From Schmidtea polychroa (lineage: Eukaryota): a stretch of 64,000 bases of DNA. Within the stretch, counting starts at the first letter, position 1, and every line of letters starts with the position of its first letter. The notes below the pieces were generated by a model that was given only the letters and a program-made list of their open reading frames with translations, had not been told where the DNA came from and searched no databases. The translations under genes were made by a program, and so were the position numbers. Below, in pieces: positions 24,754-36,260 of the stretch. The DNA is taken from assembly GCA_044892525.1 (NCBI GenBank), contig CM097885.1, positions 82,894,001-82,958,000 on the forward strand, read 5' to 3'.

Positions 24754-25514
24754 TCAGAACGCATCTCCATCGGCGAATACTTCGTCTATGTCTACTGGCA
24801 ACCTGCGATCCACCAGATACTTAATGCCCTCGGCTGGAACCACTTTGAATATCTCCTTGGCCGGAATTACGTGGGTGGCTGAGATATCCTTAATTGTGGA
24901 CTGGGCCATGGATAAAGAAGCTTCTAGCGCCGCCATGGCGTTCCTGCGCTTCTGATTTTTCTCCGAGCGTGTTAATCTATTGCGTTTCCGACGTGGCTTG
25001 ATAGTATCTACTGGAACCTGTGACATAGGTTGAGGTACTAGAATCGGGGCCAAGATAGGGTCCGATGAGCCTCCTGCCATGGGTCTGTAGCCCGAGAGAA
25101 TTGGAGCGGGAATTAGTGGCAGATGCGGCCCATGCCCCTTACAACCAGTTGTGGTTGACTGTGCCGATTGGTGGTGGATCGGGAACACGTTAGTCCCGTC
25201 TTGCACTGGATACTCGCGAACTCGTTTCGCTATTTCTGATTCCGAGTAAACTTTATGGAGTGCCTCTGATTGGGCTTTTATGGTTAGCCTCTGGCACCGA
25301 CTTTCTTCTAGGAGACTGTCTCGGCAGTGCTCCAGGGCAATATTTTGCTCTTTTCCTCTTTCATTTGTGGCGGGGAGAACCACGTGCCTTCATAATGATT
25401 GATTCTTTTCTTTAGTGCCCCGATGTAGAGGTGAAGCTGCGCGATGTCAGCATTTTTGTCCGCGCAGGAAAAACAAGGACGAAGAGTTTTCTCGGTATTG
25501 ATTGGGGTAGTCAT
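24754..25514 (-). pseudogene. LTR-encoded protein homologous to 6488-7237, frameshifted near 25380
   Basis: Two overlapping ORFs (68 aa and 209 aa) together align with the 249-aa ORF; TTTAG acceptor-like site immediately before ATG. Confidence 0.8.
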
Positions 25515-26615
25515 CTAAAGATTAAAGATATTTACGTTTGCTTTTAGTATTTCGTTGATCGACGATCGTATTTTTGCGGCGCGAGTTTTATCACCTACAT
25601 CCTTCATAAACTGAACTTAAAGGAAAAATTATCTCACACATACATTCAACATTCGTCCTTAAACTCATTTATGCCCCAAACATCCACGATAATTCGCACA
25701 AATCTCTGTAACTTATTTAAAAGAAAATGAGAATAACCATGTTAATTTGCTCGTCTAAATCAATCTCATCTCAAATTCGGGGTGTCGATTATGGTTAAAT
25801 ATATCGTTGCTATTCACAATGTTAATATAGTGTCATTAATCGGGTTTGTGATGTTACTTAATTACATTTTTCTTTGCACTGTTAATTTTATTAAATTGTC
25901 TATTTATTTTTAATATATTATTATTTTCAAATCTCCGCTGGACTCGTTGTCATAACGACGCAACCTAAGGTGTTTTTGTATGGAAATATCTCTATCCGTG
26001 TGTATTGTGAAATACCGTTTGCAAGTAAAATGTCTCTGCACGAAAAGTACTGCCTGCTCATTTGTTTCTACATACCGTTCTACCAGCTCAGGCGAAGCCT
26101 ATACTATTATGCAATCTATCACGTCATACAAGAACTTTGCCGTTTATACTACTGTAGTCTTCTAGAGCGAATTTCTCTACAGCCTGTGAGTGTATGTACT
26201 CTTATGGCATTATCTACTAGAGTTGTTATGAGTAAAGGCCTTACGTATGTGTGTGTGATTCGGAGGGTTGTGAACGAGCTAAAGCTAATCATCTAATCTC
26301 TATGGTGTTGTAAATTCACGATAGCAGCTGTCAACACACTCAATGGATGAATCTTAAAAATTTTTCTATGCAAGTAAACATATTCAAAAACTTATTACCC
26401 GCCGTTACCCAGTGCTTAGCAGAACTACTGCTATATATCATTCATAGCACTGGGCAGAAATTGACCGTGACGCTGAGAAAATAATTGTATTTTTCAATTC
26501 AGGTAGGACGAAAAGCGGAGATGATCTCGCACAATGCTGGAACCGGATTCGGACGCGGCTACGACAGAGATATTCGAACACGGCGCTTTATGTAGAGCAA
26601 ACACTGAAGGGAAAA

Positions 26616-29600
26616 ATGAAGAGAGCGGCCGATATGGACCAGAGAGCGATTACGCTGCTCACAAGAGTCCGAGATAACAAATACAGGAATAATACAAACG
26701 ATAAAAATAATGAAAAAGAGAACTTTAATAATATTAATAATATTTATTCTAAGGATCAAAATAAATGGAGAAATGAAGCTGCTTTGAGACGGCAGATAAC
26801 GATGGAACACCGTGACACGACTACTCCACCTCATGACCTGGACTATGGACATGGACCTGGCAGGCAGATGGCTGCAGCGCACCGAATAACGACTCCACCA
26901 TCCTGTGATCTTGATTGCCAGGATGTATCCGGCAGAGGCTTTGTGGACGGGAGAGATGCTGGAGGAGTAATGAATGGGTACGATAATTATGATTACTCTA
27001 ATAAAAATAAATCAATAATATATAATTCGAATCAAACAAATATGAGAGGAAAAAATAATGACTATTACCCGCATGACAGCCATATAAAGAAATCAGCCTA
27101 TGGCTTTGCTTCACCTAATATGCCTGCTGAAAGTAACTCTCCCTCTAAATGCTTTGATAATGAAAGACAAAATACTTCTTACGTGAATGGCCGTCCGTTA
27201 AATGAAAAGGCATACTATCTTGACACTCCTGATCTGCCTAACAGTGATGAAACTATGCGAATTAATGAACTTAATGCGAAAATAATTGATAAAATAAACA
27301 ATAATAACCAAACCTATGCCAACAATTACCTTCTTCCACATCCTTCTTCTGCCCAATATGATGAAAGAAGTGCTCCAATAAAAATAAATCCACCTTCCTA
27401 TAAAGAGAAATTAATAAACAGAATAAATAAAAATAATGCCCATGAAGATCGAATTAATGAAGACTATATTAGAAAATACAGTCTCCATAATGATACGAAA
27501 TACTATGATTATAATAAAGAATGTAATACTCATATTGACAATAGTAAAAAATACTATTGTCCTGACGAATATAGTTACTTTTGCGAAAATCGCTCTGCCA
27601 AAAATGGCGAAAATAAATTTAAATTAATTAATAATGATAATAATAATATATTTAAACAACATATTTATAATAATGATATAAGTAATAGTGAATATAATAA
27701 TAATAAAAAGCATAATTTAAATAATGAAAATGATAAATCCAATAACTCTAAAAATCCAAAAAACAAATATAATAATAAATTTATAATTAATAATACATTG
27801 AACTATAATTTAAATCAAATTGAAAATGAATTCTATAATTTTAAATTAAAATTAGATAATAGTCTAATTAATTTTAAATACAAAATCGGAAATTTGTTTA
27901 AATTACCTAAACAATTTCCTTTTTTGAAAAATAATGATTTCCAAAATTTTTCTTGCCCTTCGGGCAAGAAAAATAAGCCCCTACGCAGCTCATCGGCCTG
28001 CGGCCGATTCGCCGGCTCCCGGACCAACAACGACGACGACGAAACCACAAAAAACGACCTTACTATCGACTTAACCGCAGAACCTCTACCCAACAATAAC
28101 ATCAATGACCAACACGCTGAAATACCAAATACGAAAATATCCAATAATACCTTTCGCCGAGAAATAAAAACACTCTCGAAACATTTTTGGACGATGTTCC
28201 ACAAAGACCCCACCTACATAAATATTCTTAAAGATTATAATAACGAGCTAAATAACTACAATGAAGACGACCAACCAATACCACTGACCAATAACACTAC
28301 AATGAACGTACCCACACTACCCATCACTAACAATAATGACACTACATTATCCAAAACACAAGCCAACAAAAATGACAAATACGAAACCACACCTAGTCTC
28401 ACCAATAACAGATTTCACGCCTTAGCCACCATAAATAATGACCCTAAGGTAAACAGTATAACAGACGCAAACCCACCAGCACCGTCTAACTACAACATTC
28501 CTACATCCACCACTAACAGTACCACTAATGTCCCACAACCTCATTCCATTTCCCCCCCTACCAAACCCATAGAAACTCAATCTTCCCCAATCAAAGCTAA
28601 TCAATCAAACACAATACAATCAACAACTAAACCACCCACTTACATTACTCCATTAAATACATGCAATAACAATATCGAAACCACAATACACTCGTCCCCA
28701 AATAAGGATACAAATATCACCCACAATAAAAGGGATAAACATCTCATACAAGAAATCCACAGAATAATCAACTGTAACAATCAAGAAATCTCCAAAAAAC
28801 ATGAAACAACCACAAAAAACCTGCAACAATACATAATACAACAACAACACGAACAAGCTAATACACACGAAACATTAGCGCTCCTAATCTCACAGATGAC
28901 AAAATTGCAACAACAACTACTCACACATAATACAGCAGCATCCTCCCAACTCCCTCACGACATTGATGATGTACACTTAACTCTCACGCCCAAGGATGAT
29001 GACCTAAACATACCTCCACAATTCCATCAACCTGAACCCTCAGACAATGAATCAAATGATTCCCAATCGGAAGATGACAATGACGGATACATCACAGAAA
29101 TAGAACGACAAATCCATGTGAATAACAAAGTCGACATTGATGAGACCCCAACCCAACAAACACCATCACAATATGAACAAATCAACAACACCCAACAAGA
29201 ACAAACAACACAAAGAACAACATCTTCCAGCGGCTCCCTTTTTTCACCAATGGAAAACATAACTCCAGTTGACCTCAACGACCCCTTTAACATGTATCAT
29301 GCACTAGATGTCCTCCACATAAAAGACTTTGCAATCATTAAAGACATAATGAAAACGCCACCAGCACCAGATACACAAACCTCAGAATCATCCACCAATA
29401 CACCCAATCCACTATATAACCTGCTCAACACCAACGAACAACCAGTAACCCAAAACCTCACCACGATTGACTCCCCATTCACGCTCAAAAAACAAGCACT
29501 ATTTAAACTAGGTAGTGAAGGCTACCTAAAATGTAGGATGAAAAATTGCAAACATGGCAAAATTGGCCCTCTGATGGAAGACAAGCAACATGAACACATG

Positions 29601-30095
29601 AAAAGCATGCATGACCGAATTATAAAAGACACAGACACATTCGAATGCCTAATATGCCAAAGACAGAGGAAAAAAGGACAGAACCAAACCAAATTCCTTC
29701 TCACAAATATTGAAGAACACTGGCTTGATTATCACCCTGAAAAACAAATCCCTGGTACTAGAGAACAATATAATGACAAAAGGCGAATCCTCACACTAGA
29801 GCTAAACGAAGAGGGAACACTACTATGCACATACATATGTAAGAAAAACCCCTGTGATATACATATGACTGTGAAGACCACCGCCAATGACATACTCAAA
29901 CACATTTCTACAAAACACAAAAGTAAAGTATTTGACCAGACCACAAACGTCAAATGCCACTGTGGTGAAACAATAAACTTTGATAATATGAAACAACACC
30001 ACCACTCACACATGGGAATACTTGAACCCACTGAAATAAACAATGAACCCCCCACAAACATCCCAGTAACCACCAAAGACATAGACTCCGACTGA
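26616..30095 (+). CDS. Non-LTR element N-terminal ORF: Asn/Thr-rich low complexity plus four C2H2-like zinc fingers
   Basis: 1159 aa; CRMKNC..HMKSMH, CLIC..HWLDYH, CKKNPC..HISTKH, CHC..HHHSH; ends at a single TGA in frame with the next ORF. Confidence 0.85.
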   Translation: MKRAADMDQRAITLLTRVRDNKYRNNTNDKNNEKENFNNINNIYSKDQNKWRNEAALRRQITMEHRDTTTPPHDLDYGHGPGRQMAAAHRITTPPSCDLDCQDVSGRGFVDGRDAGGVMNGYDNYDYSNKNKSIIYNSNQTNMRGKNNDYYPHDSHIKKSAYGFASPNMPAESNSPSKCFDNERQNTSYVNGRPLNEKAYYLDTPDLPNSDETMRINELNAKIIDKINNNNQTYANNYLLPHPSSAQYDERSAPIKINPPSYKEKLINRINKNNAHEDRINEDYIRKYSLHNDTKYYDYNKECNTHIDNSKKYYCPDEYSYFCENRSAKNGENKFKLINNDNNNIFKQHIYNNDISNSEYNNNKKHNLNNENDKSNNSKNPKNKYNNKFIINNTLNYNLNQIENEFYNFKLKLDNSLINFKYKIGNLFKLPKQFPFLKNNDFQNFSCPSGKKNKPLRSSSACGRFAGSRTNNDDDETTKNDLTIDLTAEPLPNNNINDQHAEIPNTKISNNTFRREIKTLSKHFWTMFHKDPTYINILKDYNNELNNYNEDDQPIPLTNNTTMNVPTLPITNNNDTTLSKTQANKNDKYETTPSLTNNRFHALATINNDPKVNSITDANPPAPSNYNIPTSTTNSTTNVPQPHSISPPTKPIETQSSPIKANQSNTIQSTTKPPTYITPLNTCNNNIETTIHSSPNKDTNITHNKRDKHLIQEIHRIINCNNQEISKKHETTTKNLQQYIIQQQHEQANTHETLALLISQMTKLQQQLLTHNTAASSQLPHDIDDVHLTLTPKDDDLNIPPQFHQPEPSDNESNDSQSEDDNDGYITEIERQIHVNNKVDIDETPTQQTPSQYEQINNTQQEQTTQRTTSSSGSLFSPMENITPVDLNDPFNMYHALDVLHIKDFAIIKDIMKTPPAPDTQTSESSTNTPNPLYNLLNTNEQPVTQNLTTIDSPFTLKKQALFKLGSEGYLKCRMKNCKHGKIGPLMEDKQHEHMKSMHDRIIKDTDTFECLICQRQRKKGQNQTKFLLTNIEEHWLDYHPEKQIPGTREQYNDKRRILTLELNEEGTLLCTYICKKNPCDIHMTVKTTANDILKHISTKHKSKVFDQTTNVKCHCGETINFDNMKQHHHSHMGILEPTEINNEPPTNIPVTTKDIDSD

Positions 30096-30122
30096 CTAAA
30101 CCAGCACCAGATCTCCGCATAC

Positions 30123-33100
30123 ATGCTAACACATGCAACTACTGAAAACACTATATACATAGATAGCTTTATAGGACTTGCATGCATTGAAAAACACTTC
30201 CAAACCTTTTTTTCTGCCTTCCCATTTCATAAATATCCTACATGGATAGACCTAATTTGGCCCATCAACATCGAAAGGAACCTCTGGATACTCTTTTACA
30301 TAAATAAAAAACGTAACCTTGCCACAATTATTGATCCCACCTGCCAAATTAGCACCATGAAACATTACAACACAGCAACAACTATACTCAACATACTGAC
30401 CAACCTCCAAAACATAATAACCACAAATGATTTCACCTTACAAGAACTAACATATCCAAGATGCAATGAAACAAAGCAATCAGGATACTACATATGCCAC
30501 TTTGCCAAATGCCTAGCCTCCAACAGATGCATCACACTCCCCGACATACAAAACATACGCACAGACCTTAACAAAATAATAAACCTAATAATATATAGAA
30601 GGAAAGCAACTGATGACGTGACCAGATATACCGCATTCATTGATGACATAATTATCCAGCTTGACACTAATACTATCCATGTTGATGAGAGCCTCGTAGA
30701 AATTGCCAAGATACATGAAGCTATATACCCCAACAAATACAAAAGTAAAACAATACCAATAAACATCCTCAACTCAAAAGACACTAAGCGATTAGTATTC
30801 GAGCTACGACTAGACTTTGATAGAAGACCAAAAGCAACAATTGAAAAAATACTCAACAAAAATGAAAACACAACGACCACACCGACAGACGATGACATCT
30901 ACAAAAACTTCCAAACCACAACAAAACACATAACTAAATATAGTACACCAGATACACAACCCTCATACATTGACCTTATATCAGATAAACCCATAACAGA
31001 CACAGAACTCAACGAATCCATACTCAAACTTGACAGCACATCAGCCCCAGGTAGTGACAAAATCACATACAAAGAGTGGAAAAAGATAGACCCGAAAAAC
31101 AAATTTAGACTGGCACTTTTTAACAACATACTACGCAATGGACATAGTCCCAAAACGTGGAAAACCTTTAGAACGAAACTCATCCTTAAACCAGGCAAAG
31201 AGCAATCACCGCATGAAGTATCATCCTGGAGACCGCTTGCTATACTGGACTCAGCATATCGCACATTTGCCTCAATCATGAATGATAGACTTCTCTCCTG
31301 GATTCAGCTAGGACACCTGTTGAGCACTAACCAGAAAGCGGTGGGAACTCCGGATGGATGCGCTGAACATAACACAGTTATCAGTCTCGCCAAGGAATGT
31401 GCAGTGAGAAATGGGACGGATATTAATATCATCTGGCTGGACCTTGCGGATGCTTTTGGTAGCCTTCCGCATGACCTTATTTGGCATACCCTGTCGAGAC
31501 TGAAACTGAAGGCAAAAACAATCGATCTTATTAAAGAAATGTATACTGACTGCTACTCAATATACGAATGCGAGGACCGACGATCAAGGGAGATACGGAT
31601 AAACAATGGAGTCAAGCAAGGCTGCCCAATGTCTATGACTCTGTTCAGCCTCTCCATTGACTATATCCTCCAGAAAATCCTCAAACAACACCCACTTGTT
31701 ATAGATGGACACAATATAAGCATAATGGCATATGCAGATGACATTGTCATGATCTCCAACACACGGCAAGAAATAGGTAACATGTTACGAACTATAGTTG
31801 AACTCTCTGACATATCTCACCTTAAATTCAGACCCTCTAAGTGCGGCTACTTCCAACTACAACGAAACCACAAAGAGATACCCCTAACTATATACAAGGA
31901 AAAAATACCCATCATTGATCACGACAACATATATAAATACCTAGGAGTTGACTTCGGCCAGAAAGGCAAACATGACATTGACAACACACTCATAAAAGCG
32001 ATTGATGACACGACAAAAATAATGACCTCTGACCTACACCCAGCACAAAAACTTCAAGCATACAAGACTTTCATACACTCTAGACTAATATTTCCATTCA
32101 GAAACTGTACAATCAACAACATGATTCTTGACAGCAACAGAAACAAAGTAGTACAAAATAGACCCAAACAATTAGGATATGACCAAAAAATAAAGAGAAT
32201 ATTAAAAGATACACTAGATGATATACACCAAAACATTAATAACAACTTCTTTTATGCACATTGTAAACTAGGAGGTCTTGGCATAGTGCCTAGTATAGAT
32301 GAATACATGATACAAGGCATCACACACATCATCAAAATACTACACACACGAGACACTAGCATGAGGGAATTCATAATCCAGCAAATGATAGCAGTAGCCA
32401 AAATACGATTTAAACACACCACAATAGACATACACCAAACACTACGCTGGATTAATGCAGACATTAAAGGTGACATAAGTGGACCAGCAACTGTATTCGG
32501 AAAATTTCGGTCTGCCATAAAAAGAATGAATGAGAAATTCGGCATCAAAATCACACTGACACTTGACAACAACAAATACATACTACTCCTGAAAACAAAA
32601 GACTACACCATATATATTAACGACACAAACCTCACAGAAACCTCTGCCAAACTACATGAAATCACAAGTGAATGGTATGCAGATCAATGGTACCAGATGA
32701 CATGTCAAGGATACATTTCTAGGACCATAGGCGCAAATAGACAATCAGCACACCTAATCAAATCACACACCCTGACAGATAAACAATACATATTTCTCAT
32801 TAAAGCAAGAAACAACATGATAAGCCTCAACTATAGTGCATACAGAATGAAAGAAAACATGAATACAAAATGTAGGCTCTGTAATGCTGAACCAGAAACA
32901 CAAGCACACATATTCAATCACTGCCTCAAAACAACAAATGCTAGGAGAAACAAACACAATAAGGTCATGGATAAAGTTAGCGGGTATCTCATTTCGAAAG
33001 GTTTCCAAGTAGACGTAGAACGCCCACCCCCCGGAATAGACACTAGGCTAAGACCAGACCTCATCATCAAAACAAAAAGGAATAACAAAATCCACATACT

Positions 33101-33413
33101 TGACATTAAGGTACCCTATGACCGTGAAGAAAACTTCAAAACTGCCAGAGAAGACAACTACAAAAAATACAGAACATTGGCAATTGAAACAGGGAAAAAG
33201 AACGACTGCAAGACTACATTGGATGCGCTAGTTGTCGGCACTCTAGGCTCCTGGGACAAAAATAACGACACAGCACTTACCAAGATAGGACTAAACAACA
33301 GCGAAATCAAAGCTATAGCCAAGCTATGTATGAGAACAGCAGTGGCTGCCAGCTTTGCAATATACATGGATCACATAACAAATATAAGTAAACCATTATC
33401 AAACACACAATAA
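30123..33413 (+). CDS. Ulp1-like (degenerate) protease, reverse transcriptase and restriction-like endonuclease
   Basis: SAPGSD, WRPLAI, WLDLADAFGSL, GVKQGCPMS, AYADD, YKYLG; CRLC..HIFNHC; RPDLII..ILDIKVP. Confidence 0.95.
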   Translation: MLTHATTENTIYIDSFIGLACIEKHFQTFFSAFPFHKYPTWIDLIWPINIERNLWILFYINKKRNLATIIDPTCQISTMKHYNTATTILNILTNLQNIITTNDFTLQELTYPRCNETKQSGYYICHFAKCLASNRCITLPDIQNIRTDLNKIINLIIYRRKATDDVTRYTAFIDDIIIQLDTNTIHVDESLVEIAKIHEAIYPNKYKSKTIPINILNSKDTKRLVFELRLDFDRRPKATIEKILNKNENTTTTPTDDDIYKNFQTTTKHITKYSTPDTQPSYIDLISDKPITDTELNESILKLDSTSAPGSDKITYKEWKKIDPKNKFRLALFNNILRNGHSPKTWKTFRTKLILKPGKEQSPHEVSSWRPLAILDSAYRTFASIMNDRLLSWIQLGHLLSTNQKAVGTPDGCAEHNTVISLAKECAVRNGTDINIIWLDLADAFGSLPHDLIWHTLSRLKLKAKTIDLIKEMYTDCYSIYECEDRRSREIRINNGVKQGCPMSMTLFSLSIDYILQKILKQHPLVIDGHNISIMAYADDIVMISNTRQEIGNMLRTIVELSDISHLKFRPSKCGYFQLQRNHKEIPLTIYKEKIPIIDHDNIYKYLGVDFGQKGKHDIDNTLIKAIDDTTKIMTSDLHPAQKLQAYKTFIHSRLIFPFRNCTINNMILDSNRNKVVQNRPKQLGYDQKIKRILKDTLDDIHQNINNNFFYAHCKLGGLGIVPSIDEYMIQGITHIIKILHTRDTSMREFIIQQMIAVAKIRFKHTTIDIHQTLRWINADIKGDISGPATVFGKFRSAIKRMNEKFGIKITLTLDNNKYILLLKTKDYTIYINDTNLTETSAKLHEITSEWYADQWYQMTCQGYISRTIGANRQSAHLIKSHTLTDKQYIFLIKARNNMISLNYSAYRMKENMNTKCRLCNAEPETQAHIFNHCLKTTNARRNKHNKVMDKVSGYLISKGFQVDVERPPPGIDTRLRPDLIIKTKRNNKIHILDIKVPYDREENFKTAREDNYKKYRTLAIETGKKNDCKTTLDALVVGTLGSWDKNNDTALTKIGLNNSEIKAIAKLCMRTAVAASFAIYMDHITNISKPLSNTQ

Positions 33414-34614
33414 GATACATACCAACACAAACCCGTTCTAACCACCATGATCTCAGTTAAGCAGAATATTGTGTTATGTTNNNNNNNNNNNNNNNNNNNN
33501 NNNNNNNNNNNNNNNNNNNNNNNNNNNNNNNNNNNNNNNNNNNNNNNNNNNNNNNNNNNNNNNNNNNNNNNNNNNNNNNNNNNNNNNNNNNNNNNNNNNN
33601 NNNNNNNNNNNNNNNNNNNNNNNNNNNNNNNNNNNNNNNNNNNNNNNNNNNNNNNNNNNNNNNNNNNNNNNNNNNNNNNNNNNNNNNNNNNNNNNNNNNN
33701 NNNNNNNNNNNNNNNNNNNNNNNNNNNNNNNNNNNNNNNNNNNNNNNNNNNNNNNNNNNNNNNNNNNNNNNNNNNNNNNNNNNNNNNNNNNNNNNNNNNN
33801 NNNNNNNNNNNNNNNNNNNNNNNNNNNNNNNNNNNNNNNNNNNNNNNNNNNNNNNNNNNNNNNNNNNNNNNNNNNNNNNNNNNNNNNNNNNNNNNNNNNN
33901 NNNNNNNNNNNNNNNNNNNNNNNNNNNNNNNNNNNNNNNNNNNNNNNNNNNNNNNNNNNNNNNNNNNNNNNNNNNNNNNNNNNNNNNNNNNNNNNNNNNN
34001 NNNNNNNNNNNNNNNNNNNNNNNNNNNNNNNNNNNNNNNNNNNNNNNNNNNNNNNNNNNNNNNNNNNNNNNNNNNNNNNNNNNNNNNNNNNNNNNNNNNN
34101 NNNNNNNNNNNNNNNNNNNNNNNNNNNNNNNNNNNNNNNNNNNNNNNNNNNNNNNNNNNNNAATGTCTGCGACACAGGAGAGGGGCTTAGGAACAGGTAA
34201 TAAAAATAATAAACCTAAAATTGCATCTAATGGCACAGAGTGCTTATTAGTGCAAGTACCCTAACGGACCCCAGATCAGAAATGGGTCTTTTAGGGTAGA
34301 CTAAAAAAGCAAAAATAAATGTAGTCAGAGGCATAAATAACCAACTGACACATAACAAACATGTAAATGGTTTGATAACTCGCCAATATCAAATCATTGA
34401 GCGGTTTTATCTCTGATATTCCCGTGAAGCACTGCATAATAGTGCTCAAATCCTTGGCCACCAGCGTAGTGATGACTGATGATCCCTCATGGGAACACAG
34501 AAGAAAATAATTCGTTTAAAAATCAAACCCGTTATGCTATGACCGCTTTGAGGTTGAAGCTCATCCGCCAGGATCCGACCTTCTCTTTGGAGCGGTAGGT
34601 AAAACCAAGCTTTG

Positions 34615-36260
34615 AATCACATCGGCTGATGACTCTGAACATGATGGAAGAAGCTTCAATCCTGGAGATATCGCTAAGAAAAATTATACTTTATCACAGT
34701 CTAATCTCATTTCTAGATCCGATAAAGCTCCTTCAAACAGAAATGGAAGAAGCTCCAATCCGGGAAATGGCATCAAGGATAAATTACTTTCAACATATAC
34801 TAATCTTCCTTATAGAAATAATGAAATCCGATCCCTTGAATCACCTTATGCCTCCTGCCCTGATGTATCGAATCTTGATGCTCCAAGGAAACCAGATGAC
34901 TGTGAGGTGATGGATAGCAGACTTTGTCCTGCCAGGAAGATCCTGAAGAAATACGGAATCTCTTCTCCTTGTTATGATATTATTGCTCCAGAGAATGCAT
35001 CCTCGGACCCGACCAGAGATACTTCCTGGAAAGCCTTTTGCCCTGCTCGTAGGATTCACATCCTAAATAAAAATAATGGTAATTATAATCAGAATTTCCA
35101 TTGGAGTTCAAGATAAGATAATGCAACTGAATGACAACTTCTTATATGCAGCTTGCAAGCTTGGTGGTCTTGGACTTGTATCATCCATTGACGAATACCT
35201 TATTCAAAGCATCGTACAACTTATCAGGGCTTTAAACTCTAGCGATCTTAACTTTAAGACTCTAATTACTACTGAACTTATCGAGGCTAGGGGACAAGGA
35301 GATTTAAATGTGGCACTGTCCTGGCTGAATGGCCAACTCTCTAAAAGCTACCCAACTTTCTCCATCTTCTCAAAATTTAAAAAATCTGCCCGTCGTCTGC
35401 TTCATAACTACGGTATATCTACCAAAATTGTAATGCTTGAGGACCTTCTACAACTCGAAATAAAATATAAGAGTCGTATCAATTACTTCTCCCTCGGTAA
35501 TGTGGATAGAACCTCAGCTGAACTACACTCTATTATTGGCCTTATTCATGCTGAACGTTGGTGTGCGATGAAATGCCAGGGCTATATGGCAAAGGCAATT
35601 AGCGAAAGCAACATCGCTGACTATTTCTTTAAAAGTGACATCCTTCCTGATGCCCAATTCCTCTTTCTTATTCGTGCACGCAACAACCTTCTAAAATTGA
35701 ACTACTCACCACACCGCTTAAAAACTAATAAATCTATACTCTGCCGGCACTGCCATGCCCACCCAGAAACACCTGCACACATCTTTAATCATTGCCAAGC
35801 ACGTATTAATGCAAGACGAAATAAGCATGATAATGTCCTAGAAACTGTGGCAAACTTCCTTATATCTATTAACTATGAAGTAGACATAGAGAAAGTACCT
35901 GAAGGCACCAATTCCACCCTTAAGCCTGATCTTCTTCTAAAATCTAAGCGTAACAAATCTATCCATATCTTAGACATTAAGGTTCCTTTCGACTCCAGAG
36001 AAAACTACGACAACTCTAGGAGAAATAACTATAACAAATATAAGGAACTAGGAGAGGAAATAGGTAGACTCCATAAATGCCCACACACTCTACATGCCCT
36101 GGTAGTTGGCACCCTTGGTTCATGGGACAAAAATAATGACTCGATACTTAAAATTATCGGCCTATCCAATAATGAAATAAAGGAACTAGCCAAAAAAGCT
36201 TGCGTAGCTGCAATCAATAGCAGCTACCACATATATCGTCAACATATATATAAAAATTAA
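34615..36260 (+). mobile_element. Second, internally deleted NeSL/R5-like element of another subfamily
   Basis: 35076-36260 encodes the post-RT/CCHC/RLE region (KLGGLG, CRHC..HIFNHC, KPDLLL, ILDIKVP), similar to but clearly diverged from 30123-33413; a low-complexity open frame at ~34615-35116 may be its N-terminus. Confidence 0.78.

Larger units (their letters stand above)
24211..26330 (-). mobile_element. 3' LTR, distal (R/U5) part
   Basis: Starts with TGTTGGG on plus; identical to the PBS-adjacent 5' LTR end; contains the LTR ORF and conserved motif; inner boundary approximate. Confidence 0.82.
26432..33480 (+). mobile_element. Near full-length NeSL/R5-clade non-LTR retrotransposon (RLE type) nested in the 3' LTR
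   Basis: Zinc fingers, Ulp1-like region, RT, CCHC knuckle and PD-D/E restriction-like endonuclease in order; 5' limit from homology to 59488-60180; 3' end runs into N gap. Confidence 0.88.

Noticed and set aside
26400-26410. Spliced-leader gene as NeSL target (GCCGTTA)
   Set aside because: Only 7 nt resemble the planarian SL start as I recall it; no rest of the exon, donor or Sm site.
33447-34264. Long ORFs listed across 33.4-34.2 kb and over the other gaps
   Set aside because: They consist of N (X) residues from assembly gaps.
34460-34520. Hammerhead ribozyme suggested by CTGATGA-TCCC-TCAT-GGGA...GAAA
   Set aside because: Eight extra bases separate stem II from GAAA, and no convincing stem I or III with a NUH site can be drawn. 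The second CTGATGA at ~34627 also lacks a core.
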